This document shows, piece after piece, positions 43,253-45,693 of a DNA stretch of 45,693 bases. The DNA comes from Candidatus Parcubacteria bacterium (lineage in GTDB: Bacteria > Patescibacteriota > Minisyncoccia > JAHIHE01 > JAGLIN01), in NCBI GenBank assembly GCA_023140775.1, contig JAGLLA010000009.1:1-45693 (forward strand), in the 5' to 3' direction. Position 1 is the stretch's first letter. Every line of letters begins with the position of its first letter. Both the position numbers and the translations under genes were made by a program. The notes beneath the pieces were generated by a model. It was not told the origin of the DNA, ran no database searches, and was given only the letters and a program-made list of their open reading frames with translations.

Positions 43253-44434
43253 TTACTCTCCAATAACCGTAATAACTGCTGTTTCGTTGTGAAATCTACA
43301 AATTATATCATTTTTACCGTTAATTGGGGCTATCTCTCCGTAGGTATAAAAACCAATCACTGGAATATCTTTCCCTAGCACTTCTTTAATGGCATCAATT
43401 TCATCTTTGGCATGTCTGCTAAATAATTTTTGTCTGGCAATGCAATTAAAAACAATTACTCCTGCAGGTTTTTTACCATTCAGATTTTCAAGCGCGTTTT
43501 TTGCTGCCTCTTTTGCCGCAGCGATGGCCTCATCTTTACTGCCGATCATTAGTCTTACTTCAGACCCTTCTGGAACTTCAGCCGCACAAGTAATCGCTCC
43601 ATTATCGTCAGCGCTTATCGGAGCTCTGAGTAACAATTCGTCATTGTCAGCAGTTGTCATTCCTAGCGGATATGTTAAGGCCATCTTTGCCAGAGCTTCA
43701 TTTTTCAAACTCTTAGCTTCTTCTTCTCCGAAATAGTCTTCGTAGATCGAAAGAGCCGGCTTACCATCAATTTCTTCAATAATTGCCCCTTGAGACTTGG
43801 TGACTTTCATTGGATTTCCAATTGGAACCCAACCGTGACGCACTCCAACCGTCATAATGTTGTCACCATAAAACCCAGCTCCAACTATAGAAGATGGTAG
43901 AACCTTGTCGTTGAGATACACAAAAGTTTCTTTGAAAGAAAAATCGTCTCCTGCTGCTCCGCCTACAATGAGAGTATCTTTGCCTAAAACTGAATTTACA
44001 CCACGAACAGCGTCTGCTCCATTGCCAGTCAGAACATCGATTAACATAATGACAGAGTCTATCGAAGCTCCTTCGGTTTGCTCGACTAATTTATTCGCCA
44101 TTTTGATGCCAGCTTCTTTTGGATTAGGCTTTATGCTTTCTCCTTCGGCAACTACACAATTCATCGAATCGCTTTCAATGGCCATAATGGCGACACTTTT
44201 GCTAAGAGGTCCTGATCCAATGATCTCACCAGAAGAACTGCATCCAATGAGGGGAATGTCACCACTAACTTCCCTAATGGCAGAAAGCATTTCTTGCTGG
44301 TCATATCCAGACGAAGAAAAGACGATTAGGAGTTTTGGATTTTTAAGTCCTTCGATTGCCTGCAAGCAGGCGTCTTTGCCAGCTTGACTTGGATCAAGAT
44401 TACTGCTTGAACCAACCTTTGTTTTTGTTGTCAT
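43253..44434 (-). CDS. FIST-domain (FIST_N + FIST_C) signal-transduction protein
   Basis: 393 aa. The N-terminal pattern DPSQAGKDACLQAIEGLKNPKLLIVFSSSGYDQQEMLSAIREVSGDIPLIGCSSSGEI is typical of FIST sensors. Confidence 0.7.
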   Translation of the reverse strand: MTTKTKVGSSSNLDPSQAGKDACLQAIEGLKNPKLLIVFSSSGYDQQEMLSAIREVSGDIPLIGCSSSGEIIGSGPLSKSVAIMAIESDSMNCVVAEGESIKPNPKEAGIKMANKLVEQTEGASIDSVIMLIDVLTGNGADAVRGVNSVLGKDTLIVGGAAGDDFSFKETFVYLNDKVLPSSIVGAGFYGDNIMTVGVRHGWVPIGNPMKVTKSQGAIIEEIDGKPALSIYEDYFGEEEAKSLKNEALAKMALTYPLGMTTADNDELLLRAPISADDNGAITCAAEVPEGSEVRLMIGSKDEAIAAAKEAAKNALENLNGKKPAGVIVFNCIARQKLFSRHAKDEIDAIKEVLGKDIPVIGFYTYGEIAPINGKNDIICRFHNETAVITVIGE

Positions 44435-44490
44435 GTGTTTTCTTAATTAATAAAATAAATTCTTTTTTTTATTGTATTTTATTCTAATAT

Positions 44491-45693
44491 TTATAATTCA
44501 ATATTATCATCAGTAGCATTACCGTTTTCACCTAAATTCTTTTTTTGATTATCATCAATATAAGACGCATTATTTTTCTTCAAATCTTTGATCTGTTCTT
44601 TGAGTTTAATCATGACTAGTTCCCTACCTACTGCCAATTCATTGAATTTTTCAAGCTCCTTAATTTTTTCCTTGATTTCCTTGGTCCTTTTTTCTACTTT
44701 ATTTTCAAGATCTGCTGCCAAAATCTCTAATTTTTTTGTTCTGGCCTTTACTTTGATCTCAAGGACATCTCTCACTTCTTCCAGATTATCAAGCATTGTA
44801 TTGATGATTTTGGCTGTTTTTCCTATTTCATTATTTGAATGAATTAAAATCCTTTTTTTATAATCACCCCTAGCTATTTCTATAGCATCATCAGTCAGCC
44901 TTTTTATCGGCTCAGAAATAGTATTTGATAATAAATATCCGATGCTGATTACCAGAAGCATAAAACTTAACATAAAAGCTAAAGCTAGAAAATTTAAGTT
45001 ATCTTCGATGTCTTTTTGCCTCTCTGTTTGAATGGTGTTTATTTGTGCCTGAATTGATGATATATCGTCTTCGATCTTCTCAAGCTTTTTAATTTTCTCA
45101 AACTCATTTATCTTATTGTATTCATTGTGAATAAGACGATTAGACAGATCATGGATATACGACTCATAAAGACTCATTTCATTGATAAGTACTTTATTAT
45201 CTTCAGCAATAAAATCTTCTAGTAAATTATGTACGACAGCGTCCCATTCTTGCAAGTGCTTTTCATCTTTGTACTGAAATAGAGCTTCCTTGCTGTAATA
45301 CATCATCAAGGCATATTTTTCTCGTGTTTGAAGATCTTCTGAATTATTGATGAATTCTTTAATGGCATATCTCTTTTTTTTCTCCTGTGAAAGAATATCA
45401 TTCAATTCTTTGTTGTCTATGATATTCTGATCGTGCAGCTTGATCGTCTCGGAACTGATTTTCAGAAATTCAATACTTTTCTTTTTAACCAAAGAGATTA
45501 TCTCTGAATTATTTTTGGTCATTGATTCATACAACGAAATCGCCTCAATTATTTTTCTATTTTCACTTTCAAAATCTATGTCTGGAGAAGAATTAAGATC
45601 GTTTGAAAATAAATATGTTCTTACTTCTAGGTCAATCTCTTTTTGATTGATGATAATTTGGTGAATAATATGAGAAGCATGATTTAGGGCTGA
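44491..45693 (-). CDS. Membrane sensor protein with a HAMP domain and signalling-helix coiled coil; the N-terminus lies outside the window
   Basis: The frame stays open upstream of the track start (TTG 45534) to the window edge. It has a TM segment (FLALAFMLSFMLLVISIGYLL), a HAMP domain (EPIKRLTDDAIEIARGDYKKRI ... EIGKTAKIINTMLDNL) and a C-terminal ELAVGRELVMIKLKEQI helix. No kinase domain is present. Confidence 0.7.
   Translation of the reverse strand, partial: SALNHASHIIHQIIINQKEIDLEVRTYLFSNDLNSSPDIDFESENRKIIEAISLYESMTKNNSEIISLVKKKSIEFLKISSETIKLHDQNIIDNKELNDILSQEKKKRYAIKEFINNSEDLQTREKYALMMYYSKEALFQYKDEKHLQEWDAVVHNLLEDFIAEDNKVLINEMSLYESYIHDLSNRLIHNEYNKINEFEKIKKLEKIEDDISSIQAQINTIQTERQKDIEDNLNFLALAFMLSFMLLVISIGYLLSNTISEPIKRLTDDAIEIARGDYKKRILIHSNNEIGKTAKIINTMLDNLEEVRDVLEIKVKARTKKLEILAADLENKVEKRTKEIKEKIKELEKFNELAVGRELVMIKLKEQIKDLKKNNASYIDDNQKKNLGENGNATDDNIEL

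Noticed and set aside
1-45693. Alternative genetic code (UGA recoded, as in some CPR lineages)
   Set aside because: Recognisable genes have normal lengths under the standard code. UGA terminates well-delimited ORFs, for example 2308..2502 and 30099..30302, with downstream coupling or terminators.

Overview
This is a strongly AT-rich bacterial window using the standard genetic code, with UGA acting as a stop. The gene content suggests a small-genome, CPR/Patescibacteria-like organism. Evidence for that: four tandem TrbC/VirB2-like pilin paralogs, a DUF4012-like protein, many glycosyltransferases, tRNAs mostly lacking encoded CCA, and several non-AUG starts behind strong GGAGG sites.

Layout by coordinate:
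- 1-4.9 kb: GT4 glycosyltransferases, tiny membrane proteins and a DUF4012-like protein.
- 5.0-7.1 kb: iscU followed by four pilin-like paralogs.
- 7.2-15.2 kb (minus strand): a surface-glycan module. It holds a flippase-like protein, two SAM methyltransferases, a GT4, a polyprenol-phosphate GT2 and two paralogous GT-C (ArnT/PMT-like) transferases.
- 15.2-20.3 kb: tRNA-Leu, a Xer-type recombinase, then rpsO, an NYN-domain gene and pnp.
- 20.5-25.5 kb: low-complexity surface proteins and an amidohydrolase.
- 25.6-26.1 kb: a rearranged tRNA-Ser locus.
- 26.1-29.5 kb: three paralogous TrmB-like regulators with GC-rich palindromic elements.
- 30-38 kb: CYTH protein, murJ, tRNA-Arg, cca, a rubrerythrin-like protein, nth, tRNA-Thr and a SpoIIM-like protein.
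- 38.2-40.2 kb: a 2-kb stretch with no long ORF.
- 40.2-45.7 kb: an output-less signalling cluster (REC-REC, REC, histidine kinase, FIST, HAMP sensor).

The most unusual region is the 2-kb stretch at 38.2-40.2 kb. It is packed with consensus promoters, intrinsic terminators, perfect palindromes and a three-member family of 27-35 aa ORFs. Next are the tRNA-Ser and tRNA-Arg loci, which carry tRNA fragments fused to GC-rich hairpins.

All calls come from reading the sequence and the ORF translations. No database search was run, and start codons are provisional.
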